From Caulobacteraceae bacterium (GTDB lineage Bacteria > Pseudomonadota > Alphaproteobacteria > Caulobacterales > Caulobacteraceae), in contig CBDICI010000002.1 in assembly GCA_965277345.1 (NCBI GenBank), positions 208,055 through 272,054 of the forward strand: DNA of 64,000 nucleotides, in the 5' to 3' direction. Within the stretch, counting starts at the first letter, position 1, and each line of letters starts with the position of its first letter. Below are positions 18,737 to 28,400 of the stretch, in pieces. The translations under genes were made by a program, and so were the position numbers. Below the pieces are notes generated by a model. The model was not told the DNA's origin, ran no database searches, and saw only the letters and a list, made by a program, of their open reading frames with translations.

Positions 18737-20226
18737 TGGCCATGGCCGGACCCGAGTCCGCCGCAAAAGGACCGGCGGCGGCCGACGTCGAACCCCGGCC
18801 CCTCGCCTTCCATACAAAGGTGCTATTTGGCATCGGCTCGATGGAGGACGGGTCGCAGCTCATCATCGTCGGCGGCATCCTGCTGTTTTACTACAGCCAG
18901 ATCCTGAAGGCGCCGGTGGGACTGGTCAGCCTGGTGCTGGGCGCATCGCTCTTTGTCGATGCCTTCTTCGATCTATTGGTGGCGCAGGTCTCGGACAATC
19001 TTCGGTCGCCGCTCGGCCGGCGGCATCCGCTGATGTACGCCTCGGTGCTGCCGGTGGGGCTGTTCTTCGCGGCCATGTGGATTCCGCCGGCGCACCTGGC
19101 TCGAAACCACTTGCTCCTATGGCTCGGCGTGACGGTGACCCTGTTCCGCTTCAGTCACAGCCTTTACATGGTGCCGTCGGGCTCCCTCCTGCCGGAGCTC
19201 GCGCCGGGCTATCATGATCGGACACAGCTGTTCGGCTTTCGCTATACACTTGGCGCCATCGGCGGAGGCATCGCCGCCATCCTCGCTTACGGCGTATTCC
19301 TTCACCGGACGCCGGCCTACCCCCTCGGTCAGTTCAATCCGGCCGGTTACGCGCCGTTGGGCGTGGCGATCGCGGCGTTCATCATGAGCGCCAACCTGGT
19401 CTCCGATCTCGGTACGCACTCGCGCATCCCGTATCTCTATCGGCCCAAGAAGCGCGACCTGACCCTGGGTGCGTGGCTGCACGAGATCGGCAGCATCTTC
19501 GACAATCGCAATTTCCTGGTCTCGATCCTCGGCGGGATGCTGTCGGCGGTGCCGCCGGCGCTGATCGCCGGCCTCGGCATCTACATCAACACCTATATCT
19601 TCAGTCTGCCCGCTAGCAATGTCATGTGGCTGGTGGCGAGCCAGGCCCTGGCTGCGCCGGTCGCCTTCGCCATGGCGAGCCTGGTTTCGCGCCGGCTCGG
19701 CAAGCGCGGCGCCTATCTTGGCTTTTACGCCGCCAGCCTGGTGTTCGTGCACGGACCCCTGGTCTGTCGGTTGTTGAACATCCTTCCAGCCAATGGAACC
19801 GCGCTTTTGCTGCCGGTGCTGATCGGCGCGCAACTCATCGCCGGCGCCCTGTCCATCGCCGCCTCCATTCTCAACACCTCGATGATCGCCGACATCGTCG
19901 AAGACAACCAGGCGCGAACCGGCAGGCGATCCGAAGGCCTCGTCCTGTTCTCCGAGCGCCTGATCCTGAAGCTGGTCGGCGGGCTCGCGACGGTGTTGCC
20001 CGGCATCCTGCTGGCGCTCGTCCATTTTCCGACTGGCGCGCGCCCCGCGCATCTTGAGCCGGCGGTCACCCGCAATCTGGCCGAACTCTACCTCGGCGTA
20101 TCACTGAGCTTCAGCCTGATGGCTATGCTCGTCTGGTTGCTGTTCCGGATCGATCATGAGGTTCACCAGCGCAACCTCGCCGCCGTCGCGGCGCGCCGGG
20201 CCGAAGAACAGCGGTTGGAGCGGTGA
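18736..20226 (+). CDS. MFS transporter, glycoside-pentoside-hexuronide (GPH) cation symporter-like
   Basis: The ATG shares 1 nt with the SDR stop. The protein has 12 predicted TM segments and the GPH signature DAFFDLLVAQVSDNLRSPLGRRHP. Confidence 0.85.
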   Translation: MAMAGPESAAKGPAAADVEPRPLAFHTKVLFGIGSMEDGSQLIIVGGILLFYYSQILKAPVGLVSLVLGASLFVDAFFDLLVAQVSDNLRSPLGRRHPLMYASVLPVGLFFAAMWIPPAHLARNHLLLWLGVTVTLFRFSHSLYMVPSGSLLPELAPGYHDRTQLFGFRYTLGAIGGGIAAILAYGVFLHRTPAYPLGQFNPAGYAPLGVAIAAFIMSANLVSDLGTHSRIPYLYRPKKRDLTLGAWLHEIGSIFDNRNFLVSILGGMLSAVPPALIAGLGIYINTYIFSLPASNVMWLVASQALAAPVAFAMASLVSRRLGKRGAYLGFYAASLVFVHGPLVCRLLNILPANGTALLLPVLIGAQLIAGALSIAASILNTSMIADIVEDNQARTGRRSEGLVLFSERLILKLVGGLATVLPGILLALVHFPTGARPAHLEPAVTRNLAELYLGVSLSFSLMAMLVWLLFRIDHEVHQRNLAAVAARRAEEQRLER

Positions 20227-20265
20227 TGCTGAAGCGCCACGCTTTCGACCGCCGAAAGCCGCTCG

Positions 20266-21594
20266 ATGATGACGCGAGCGCCGGCTGATGCGCGACTTCG
20301 GCCCATGGATGTGAGCAGGCGCGAAACCCTCATGGCGGCAGTTCTCGGCGCGAGCCATGGCGGACCCCTTCCCGCTGACCGGACAGCGCGGGTACAGACC
20401 CTGCTCGACCGATACATCGCCCTCGGCGACAAACGCTCTGGCGGCGCGGGCGACAACGCCGCCGGGGCGTGGCTCGAAGGCGAGCTGAAGGGCCTCGGCT
20501 TCGCCCTGTCGCGGCAGGCCTTCCCGTCGCCTTTCTTCGAGGTCGACAAGGGCGAACTCACGGTGGGTTCGCACACCGTCGCCGTGGCGCCGCAGCCCCT
20601 GGTGACATCTACCGCGCCCAGCGGTGTCTCCGGCCGACTAAGGGTGTTGGAGCCATGGTCACAGCCCGGGCCGATGGACGGCGCCATCGTGCTCATACCG
20701 CTGCCCCATGCCCGCTGGTCGACGTCGTTGGCGCCGGCCATTGTGGGCCCGATCAAGACGGCGACATCGGCGGGAGCCGCCGCCATCGTCCTGATCACCA
20801 CCGGGCCGACCGGCGAGGCCATCATGCTCAACGCCGATGCCGCCAGACCGCTGTCCGACAGACCCGTGGCGATTCTCGGCCCCAAGGCCGCCGCGCCACT
20901 TCTCAAGGCGGCCGCAGAGGGCGCAGACGCGCGACTGACCATCACGGGGCGGGCGGGACACCGGCCGGCGTTCAACATCGTCGGCCGTTTGGAACGCGGA
21001 TTTGGCCGATGGCTGGTCGTCTCTACCCCCCGATCCGGTTGGGACGTCTGCGCTGGTGAGCGCGGCCCGGGCATTGCCTTGTGGTTGCTGCTCGCGGCAT
21101 GGGCCTGCTCCCACCTCCGGCACGACCTGCTCTTTCTCTGCAACAGCGGGCACGAGTATGAGAATCTTGGCGCCGAAAACATCCTGCGCGCGGCCGCGCC
21201 TCCCGTTGACGAGACGGCGCTTTGGCTGCACCTCGGGGCCAATCTGGCGGCGCGCGACTGGCGGCAGGCTGCGGAGCTCCAGCCGCTGCCGAGCGCCGAT
21301 CCCCAGCGCTTTCTCGCGGCGACGTCTGTCCTCGTCGCAGCCTGCGAGGCGGCGTTCAGGGGCCTGCCAGGGCTTGAGGCGGTGACGCGCGTAGACCGTA
21401 CGGGCGCTCCCGGTGAACTCGGCCCGATCCTGCAGGCCGGCTATACGCGCGTTGCGGGCGCCTTCGGTGCGCACCGCTTCCATCACACCGTCAAGGACGA
21501 TGCCCGCTGCGTTTCAGCGCCTCTGGTCGTTCCGGTGTTCGATGCGTTTCGGAACTTGGCCGAGCGTGTGTTGATACAGGGCCTTGACCGATGA
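20266..21594 (+). CDS. PA-domain / M28-peptidase-like protein with apparently degenerate zinc ligands; possible Tat signal
   Basis: The layout resembles M28 plus an inserted PA domain. The positions expected for HxD, GAxDD and EE read STPRSGW, AGERGPG and GHEYENLG. SRRETLMAAVLGAS near the N-terminus resembles a twin-arginine signal. The alternative start is ATG 20305. Confidence 0.5.
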   Translation: MMTRAPADARLRPMDVSRRETLMAAVLGASHGGPLPADRTARVQTLLDRYIALGDKRSGGAGDNAAGAWLEGELKGLGFALSRQAFPSPFFEVDKGELTVGSHTVAVAPQPLVTSTAPSGVSGRLRVLEPWSQPGPMDGAIVLIPLPHARWSTSLAPAIVGPIKTATSAGAAAIVLITTGPTGEAIMLNADAARPLSDRPVAILGPKAAAPLLKAAAEGADARLTITGRAGHRPAFNIVGRLERGFGRWLVVSTPRSGWDVCAGERGPGIALWLLLAAWACSHLRHDLLFLCNSGHEYENLGAENILRAAAPPVDETALWLHLGANLAARDWRQAAELQPLPSADPQRFLAATSVLVAACEAAFRGLPGLEAVTRVDRTGAPGELGPILQAGYTRVAGAFGAHRFHHTVKDDARCVSAPLVVPVFDAFRNLAERVLIQGLDR

Positions 21595-21709
21595 CGCGAA
21601 CTGACCGCCGTGCAGTAGGCGAACCCTTGTTTGACAATAATGCCGCTGCGGCGGTCGGCGCCGCACCCTACTCGCCTGATGAGCGAAAAACTCCAGCTGT
21701 CTTTTTCTA

Positions 21710-22954
21710 ATGTCAGAGTTGAGCGTCCGTCGGGGCAAGCAAGACCGTCCCGTGAAATACGAGCGGCGAAAGACCGAAATCCTCGCCGCTGCGGTTGAGG
21801 CCGTTAACCGCAAGGGTGTACGCGCGATGACCCTGGGCGACGTAGCCGCTCACCTCGGTCTGGGCTCGACGGCGGTCAGCTACTACTACCGCAAGAAGGA
21901 ACAACTGGCGGCGGCCTGTTTTCTCCAGGCCCTGGAGCGATACGAAGACCTGATTGCTCAAGCTGAGCCCGAACGGGACCCGCGCGTACGCCTGCGTAGT
22001 TTCTTTCACGTCTTCGCGCGCTATTTCGCCAAAGTGGCGTTAGGCGAAAGCCCAGCGATCGCGATGTTCAACGACGTGCGCGCCATCCGCGACAGCGCCG
22101 TGAATTCAGCGTTCACCCACATGTTTCGGCGCGTTCGCCAGTTGATCGCAAACGGCCCCCCTAACGTGGGGACCCCGATGGAAAGGAATGCACGCGCACA
22201 CCTCGTCATCTCTCAGGCGTTCTGGGCGGTGCTCTGGCTTGAGCGGTATGACCCTCGCGATTATGAGCGAATGATCGATCGCATGGTCGATATTCTGCTG
22301 GATGGTTTCGCGCCATCGGGCGCACGCTGGTCCCAGCCCGTGCCGCCCGCATCAAAGCCAGCGAGCGAGGAAGGGGGGGGCGTGTCCCGCGCCGCCTTCC
22401 TGCGCGTCGCCACCGAAATGATCAACGAGGAAGGCTATCACGGCGCATCGGTGGCGCGGATTTGCGAGCGGCTGCAAGTCACGAAGGGCGCCTTCTATCA
22501 CCACAACGACGCCAAGAGCGAACTTGTCGCGGCGTGCTTCGATCGAACATTGACGACCGTGCGCCAGACCCAGGTCGAGGCCGAGCAGATCAGCAGCAAC
22601 GGGTTCGACGGCTTGTGGTGGGCGACAGCGACCCTGGTGAGCCGCGATATATCGGGCGAAGCGCCGCTTTTGCGGACCTCGGCGCTGTCAACGGTGCCGG
22701 AAGACATGCGGGCGCAGCTGATCCGCCGGTTCGATCAAACCTCGGCCCGGTTCGCAAGTATGGTCAGCGACGGCGTCGCCGATGGGTCAGTGCGCGCCAT
22801 CGACGCCAACGTCGCCGCGCAGATGGTGACAACGACCGTCAATGCGAGTGCCGAACTCAAGCACTGGGCCCCCGGCGTCACACCCGAAAATTCGGCGGAG
22901 GTCTATGCCCGGCCGCTCTTCACCGGACTTTTTCCATCTCCGGCCAAGCAATGA
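21710..22954 (+). CDS. Tandem (fused double) TetR/AcrR-family transcriptional regulator
   Basis: 414 aa holding two complete TetR units. HTH 1 is ILAAAVEAVNRKGVRAMTLGDVAAHLGLGSTAVSYYY. HTH 2 is FLRVATEMINEEGYHGASVARICERLQVTKGAFYHH. Confidence 0.85.
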   Translation: MSELSVRRGKQDRPVKYERRKTEILAAAVEAVNRKGVRAMTLGDVAAHLGLGSTAVSYYYRKKEQLAAACFLQALERYEDLIAQAEPERDPRVRLRSFFHVFARYFAKVALGESPAIAMFNDVRAIRDSAVNSAFTHMFRRVRQLIANGPPNVGTPMERNARAHLVISQAFWAVLWLERYDPRDYERMIDRMVDILLDGFAPSGARWSQPVPPASKPASEEGGGVSRAAFLRVATEMINEEGYHGASVARICERLQVTKGAFYHHNDAKSELVAACFDRTLTTVRQTQVEAEQISSNGFDGLWWATATLVSRDISGEAPLLRTSALSTVPEDMRAQLIRRFDQTSARFASMVSDGVADGSVRAIDANVAAQMVTTTVNASAELKHWAPGVTPENSAEVYARPLFTGLFPSPAKQ

Positions 22955-23040
22955 CGCTCCTGGATGTCCGTGGCGGAGTTCTTTGTTATTTCGGATGCGT
23001 TCCGCGATGGCGAGACCTTAACCTTCTCCGCAGGTTGAGA

Positions 23041-23114
23041 TGGCTGGGGGACAAGGACTCGAACCTTGAATGACGGTACCAAAAACCGCAGTGTTACCAT
23101 TACACCATCCCCCA
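23041..23114 (-). tRNA. tRNA-Gln (anticodon UUG)
   Basis: Manual cloverleaf of 74 nt: acceptor TGGGGGA/TCCCCCA, D stem GTGT/ACAC, anticodon stem GCGGT/ACCGT with loop TTTTGGT, T arm CAAGG-TTCGAGT-CCTTG, encoded CCA. Confidence 0.9.
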
Positions 23115-23257
23115 AGGATGGTCCCGCGAGCCCGCCGTGGCGGCGGGGTTCGCGTCGGAAGGCGGTGCACATAGCCTACCGCACCGAGCCTTGCAACACC
23201 GCGCCCGGCCTCCGCCAAACACGGGCGGCCCGCGTAAAACAAGGCCGCCGGGTTCGC

Positions 23258-23286
23258 TTGCGGGGGGGGGACCTCTCCTCTATAAG
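23258..23286 (+). promoter_or_regulatory. Candidate sigma70-type promoter for tRNA-Pro (TTGCGG-N17-TATAAG) with a G9 tract in the spacer
   Basis: The hexamers and 17-nt spacing were read directly. The -10 element ends 16 nt before the tRNA 5' end. Confidence 0.35.
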
Positions 23287-23301
23287 GCGCGCCTCCGAGG
23301 A

Positions 23302-23378
23302 CGGAGTATAGCTCAGCCTGGTAGAGCACCACGTTCGGGACGTGGGGGTCGCAAGTTCGAATCTTGCTACTCCGACCA
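23302..23378 (+). tRNA. tRNA-Pro (anticodon CGG)
   Basis: Manual cloverleaf of 77 nt: acceptor CGGAGTA/TACTCCG, D arm GCTC-AGCCTGGTA-GAGC, anticodon stem CCACG/CGTGG with loop TTCGGGA, T arm GCAAG-TTCGAAT-CTTGC, encoded CCA. Confidence 0.92.
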
Positions 23379-23543
23379 TCGGAACCGGCGCCTTGGCGAT
23401 CCCGACGCCAGGGCCCTGCGCAGACCCCCGTCCGATGGCGCGCCGGCGCTCGCGTCCGGCGTGCAGGGCGTTTGACCGCGCGCGTCCAATCGTTACCTTG
23501 GCCGGATCGACGCGGCCGCGTCGCGGCCCACGACGGACGCCCG

Positions 23544-25319
23544 ATGAAACAGTTCATTTTGACGCTCGCGGGCGTCTTTGCCGGCCTGCTGCTGTTCTTC
23601 ATCGGCGTGCCCATCGTGCTGCTGATGGCGGTGGCCAGCTCGGCCAGGCCGACGCCGCCGCCGGCCAACAGCCTGCTGACGCTGGACCTGCGCCAGGCGC
23701 TGGCGGACCAGGACAGCGCCAACCCCTTCGCCTTCCTCGGCGGCAGGTCGCTGTCGGTGATCTCGGTGGTGGAGACGCTGCACCGCGCGGAGCGGGACGG
23801 CCGGGTCAAGGGCCTGCTGATTCGCCTGCCGGAGGGCGGGGTCGCTCCGGCCGCGGCGGACGAGCTGCGCCTCGCCATCCGCGCCTTCCGCGCCACGGGC
23901 AAGCCGGTGCTGGCGCACAGCCAGGGCCTCTATGCCTCCGGCGTCTCCACCGCCACCTACATGCTGGGCAGCGCCTCGGGCGATTTCTGGATGCAGCCGG
24001 GGGCGGCGCTGCAGTCGGTGGGGCTGTCGGCCAGCGAGACCTTCTTCAAGCGCGCGTTCGACAAGTACGGCGTCCATGCCGACTATCAGCAGCGCTATGA
24101 ATACAAGAATGCGGTGAACCCGTTCCTCTATTCCGACTTCACCCCGGCCCACCGCGAGGCGGAGCTGGGCTGGATGACCTCGGTCTATGAGAGCGAGCTG
24201 GCGGCGGCGGCCGCCGACCGCAAGCTCGACCCCGCCAGGCTGCGCGCCGCGCTGGAGGCCGGCCCCTATGCCGCGGAGGACGCCAGGGCGCGCAACCTGA
24301 TCGACCATGTGGGCCAGGTGGACGAGGCGGAGGCGGCGCTGCGCAAGGCCACGGGGGACGCGCAGTGGGTCGATTTCGCCACCTACAAGGCCAGCGCCCC
24401 GGCCAATACGGCGAACGCGGGGACCAGCCTCGCGGTGATCGGCGCGGAGGGCGACATCGTCACCGGCACGTCCAGCAACGGCGGACTGAACGGCCAGTCG
24501 GGCGTCTATTCCGACGACGTGGCCAAGGCCTTCCATGACGCCATCGACGATCGGACGGTCAAGGCCATCGTGTTCCGCGTCTCCTCGCCCGGCGGCTCGG
24601 ATACCGCGTCGGAGCAGATCCTGGCCGGCGTGCGGGCGGCCAAGGCCGCCGGCAAGCCGGTGGTGGTGTCCATGGGGACCTATGCGGCGTCCGGCGGCTA
24701 TTGGATATCGTCGGAGGCGTCGGAGATCATCGCCGAGCCCACCACCCTCACCGGCTCCATCGGCGTGTTCGGCGGCAAGTTCGCGCTCGGCGAGGCGCTC
24801 GGCCGGTTCGGCATCGACCAGCGCTCCATCGGCGTGGGCGGCGATTTCGCCGGCGCCTTCTCCTCCGCCCAGCCGTTCACGCCCGTCCAGAGCGCGCAGG
24901 TCTCCGCCTGGATGGACCGCATCTACGCCGGCTTCGTCGCCCGCGTGGCGGAAGGGCGCCGCCTGCCGGTGGAGCGCGTGCGCGAGATCGCCAGGGGCCG
25001 GGTCTGGACCGGCGCGCAGGCCAGACAGCTCGGCCTGGTGGACGGCCTCGGCGGCTTTCTGGATGCGGTGCGTGAGGCCAAGCGGCTGGCGCACCTGCCG
25101 CTCGATCAGGCGGTGCAACTGAAGACCCTGCCGGCGCGCAAGTCCCCGTTCGCCGTCTTCTCCCACGCCCTGGGCGTCTCCTCGGCCTCGCTGCAGACGC
25201 TGGCGGCCTCGGCCTGGATCCTCGGCGATCCCCGGGCGCAGGGGGTGATGGACGCGATGATCCGCGCCCGCCTGGGCCCCGACGCCGCCACCGTGCGCGC
25301 GCCGACGCCGGTGCGGTAG
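23544..25319 (+). CDS. sppA: Signal peptide peptidase SppA, 67K type
   Basis: ATG 23544 gives MKQFILTLAGVFAGLLLFFIG (a TM segment). Two S49 peptidase repeats follow (GGSDTASEQI, MGTYAASGGYWIS). Confidence 0.9.
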   Translation: MKQFILTLAGVFAGLLLFFIGVPIVLLMAVASSARPTPPPANSLLTLDLRQALADQDSANPFAFLGGRSLSVISVVETLHRAERDGRVKGLLIRLPEGGVAPAAADELRLAIRAFRATGKPVLAHSQGLYASGVSTATYMLGSASGDFWMQPGAALQSVGLSASETFFKRAFDKYGVHADYQQRYEYKNAVNPFLYSDFTPAHREAELGWMTSVYESELAAAAADRKLDPARLRAALEAGPYAAEDARARNLIDHVGQVDEAEAALRKATGDAQWVDFATYKASAPANTANAGTSLAVIGAEGDIVTGTSSNGGLNGQSGVYSDDVAKAFHDAIDDRTVKAIVFRVSSPGGSDTASEQILAGVRAAKAAGKPVVVSMGTYAASGGYWISSEASEIIAEPTTLTGSIGVFGGKFALGEALGRFGIDQRSIGVGGDFAGAFSSAQPFTPVQSAQVSAWMDRIYAGFVARVAEGRRLPVERVREIARGRVWTGAQARQLGLVDGLGGFLDAVREAKRLAHLPLDQAVQLKTLPARKSPFAVFSHALGVSSASLQTLAASAWILGDPRAQGVMDAMIRARLGPDAATVRAPTPVR

Positions 25320-25338
25320 GGCGGCTCAACCTCCCGTC

Positions 25339-25380
25339 CTGTCATCCCGGAAGGCGCGACGAGCTACCCGGGACCCAGCG
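25339..25380. repeat. Single unit of the CTGTCATCCCGG-N-CCGGGACC intergenic repeat family
   Basis: CTGTCATCCCGGAAGGCGCGACGAGCTACCCGGGACCCAGCG matches each arm of the palindromic element at 34785-34887. Confidence 0.55.
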
Positions 25381-25430
25381 CGAGGCATCACAGGCCGGAG
25401 ACCTCAATCCCGGTTCAGCCCAAAGAAAAA

Positions 25431-25452
25431 GGGGCGGCCCAAAGGCCGCCCC
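25431..25452 (-). terminator. Rho-independent terminator downstream of the minus-strand TonB receptor gene
   Basis: GGGGCGGCC-CAAA-GGCCGCCCC is a perfect 9-bp GC stem. On the minus strand it is followed by TTTTTCTTTG. Confidence 0.65.
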
Positions 25453-25474
25453 CTGATCGTGTCTGGTATCGGCC

Positions 25475-28400
25475 TTAGAACTTCTTCGTCACCCGGGCAT
25501 AGTACGACCGGCCGATCATCACTTCGTCGGAATAGCCGATGGCGGCGTCGCCGATCCTGAACTGACCGGTGGACTCCAGCGGAGGCGCCTCGTCGAACAG
25601 GTTGCTGATTCCAACGGTTACTTCGGCGTCGAATTGCGGCAGGCGCTTGCGCACGGACACAGTATGGAAGATCAGCGCCTCGGTCTCGTACTTGTAATGA
25701 ACCGCCGTGGGAATTGCGGCGCCGGTCGTCGGGCTCAAAGTCGTTGCATAACGACTCGTCGGTGAAGTGTCGAAGCCAATGAACGAGGTGTCGGAACCTT
25801 TACCGACGCCGCTGACGCGCCAGAACACAGTCCAATCACGCAGATCGTACTGGATATTGATGTCGCCGCTCATCGCAGGCGCGTCATAATTATAGGTGCC
25901 CCCATTGTAGTTAGTCGGGATAGAGTTACCCAGCAGTCGCCTCTTGTCAGAGAAGGTAAAGGTGGCCTTCGTCTCCACACTTAACTTACCAAATTCACCG
26001 AAGTTATGATCCATATGAATGTTGGCGTCGAGGAAACGAACCCCCTGCGAAGCGACATTCACGTAATTGTTGTTAACCGAGATGATGTTGAAGTAGGTCG
26101 GCGACGTCGGGTTCAGGTCGCGCTTATACAAGGAGCAGAACGCGGTCACGCCCTGCAGGCACTGCGAGATGATGTTGTAGGCGCCGAAGGTGGCGACCTC
26201 GTTGTGGACCTGAATATCGGTGTAATCGACAGACACCGCCAGATTAGACCAACGATCAATGCCGAAGTGCTTGGGCGAAACGATAAATCCAATGCTCTTG
26301 GCCTGAGAGGTTTCGGCTTGGAGGCTGCCTTTGCCGCCGCCAGTGGAGAGAGTCGCGCTCGACCCACCGCCAGGATTTTGCACACCGACATAGTTGTTCG
26401 GAATGCCCAAGGCCGCGCAAGCGTTCTGGATGGTCTGGCTTGGGTTGTTGGTGCCGTAATTGTAGCAAGGATCGACAGAACTCTGCCCCGAGAAACTGGT
26501 CTGGTGGGCGAGATAAAGTTCATACAGCGCCGGAGCACGGAAGGAGGTGCCCACCGACCCACGGAAGCGCAGGTCGGGGATAACCGTCCAGTTGCCCGAC
26601 ACCTTGTAGGTGCTGGTCGAACCGTAGCTGTCATAGTCGCTGTAACGACCGGACAGGTCGAAGCTCAGGTTCTTGACGAACGGGAAGTCCTTCAGGATCG
26701 GCACGGTGACTTCGGCATAGACTTCCTTCACCGCGTCGGAGCCGACCGTATGGCCCGCGGCCGAGAAGCCCCAGGAGTTGCCGGCCTGGACCTGCGGGTC
26801 GGGGGTGTCGTCGATATGGTCGTGACGATAGGAGGCGCCGATGGCCAGGGAGACCACCCCCGCCGGCAGGGTAAACAGGTCGCCGGTAATGTCGCCTTCC
26901 AGAATATACTGGTCGTATGTAGTAGTTCCGTTTGCTTTGAAGAACAGGAAGTTCCGCTCGGCCTGGGTGAAGTTGCCGCTCAGCACGCGCTGGCTGAACA
27001 GGGGAATGCCGTTCGGTAGGTTGGCGCAGCTATAGTTCGAGACATTGATGATCCCTACTGTCGTGCAGGGCGCCGCGGAATTGGTCAGCGCATCCGTGCG
27101 ATCCAGATATATCTGATCGACCGAGTAGTCTGCGTCCGACCGCGAATAGACGCCGTAAACATCGTAGCTGAAGCGGCTGAACCAGCCCGCATTAGCGAAA
27201 TCACCCTTAAGGCCCACCACACCACGGTAATACTTCACGTTCTGGTGAGAGTCATAAGGTTGTTCTATGATCGGATAGATGGGATTAACCCCGGTGCCCG
27301 CGAAGATATTGTTCGGGTTGCCACCGATGAAGGCCGCGTTCAGCGCATTACCCGCCGCGCCGCTGCCCGGGAAATACTGACGCGCGCCATTCTGGGTCGA
27401 AATCCGGTCGTTGAACAGCAATTGACCGTAAAGCTGGGTGTGCGAAGTGAAGTCGTAGGCCGCGTTCAGGTTGGCCGAGAAGTGCTTGTCCGGGCTGATC
27501 ACAGACGCGCGGTCAACATAGGGGCTTGTATAGTTGCCGTAGCCGAATGTGCCTGGGAAGCCGTTTCTCGCCTGACGCGCGAAGGTAGCCGCAATGCTCG
27601 CCGGCACGTCATTGCCGCCCGCATAGCCCGGATATGCGTAACCCGGCTGCAGGTACTGGATCGTGGCGCTTTGCCCTTGCGGCTTGCCCGTCGCCGGGTT
27701 TATCGCCGTATAGCTCACCGCGATGTCGTTGTTTGACGAGTTATAACACTTGTAGTTATGGCCATCGTTCGCCGTGGTGCCGACGAAGTCGGCCCGCGCG
27801 CCGGTGGTGGGATTGAAAACGTAATCCTCAGCGCAACTGGTGTAGTAGCGCTGGCCGCGCGAAACGCGCTCCTGCTCGAAATATTCGCCGCCGATGTCGA
27901 TATAGCCCTTGTCGAAGGTCTTGCCGAATTCGCCGCTGATCGAATAGGCGTTGCCGCCCGCCAATTCTGCCTGGCTGGTATAGGCCGACAGGCTGCCGCC
28001 GTCGTGTTTGCGCTTGGTGATGATGTTCACCACGCCCGCCACAGCGTCCGATCCGTAGATCGATGAGGCCCCGTCGCGCAGCACTTCGATACGCTCGATC
28101 GAATATTCCGGGATGGTGTCGAGGCTGACGGGCCCGACGGTGCCGCTGATGCCCGCGGGGCCGAGGCGCTTGCCGTCGAGCAGGATGATGGTGCGCTGGG
28201 CGCCGAGGCGGCTGAGCGCCAAGGTCTTGTTGCCCGCGCCGCCGGTGGTGACGAAGCCGGTGAGCTGGTCGCCCGTCTGGAAGGTGCCGGTGGCGATGGA
28301 GGACTGCTGCAACAGCGACGCGGTATCGGCATAGCCCGAGAGGCTGGCCTGCTCCGCGGTGATGACCTGGATCGGGTCCGGCGAGGTGAAGGAGTCGCGC

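Noticed and set aside
22955-23040. Integration scar or att site next to tRNA-Gln
   Set aside because: I noticed no integrase, excisionase or transposase in the window and no direct repeat of the tRNA 3' end. The island idea is kept only as a low-confidence compositional observation.
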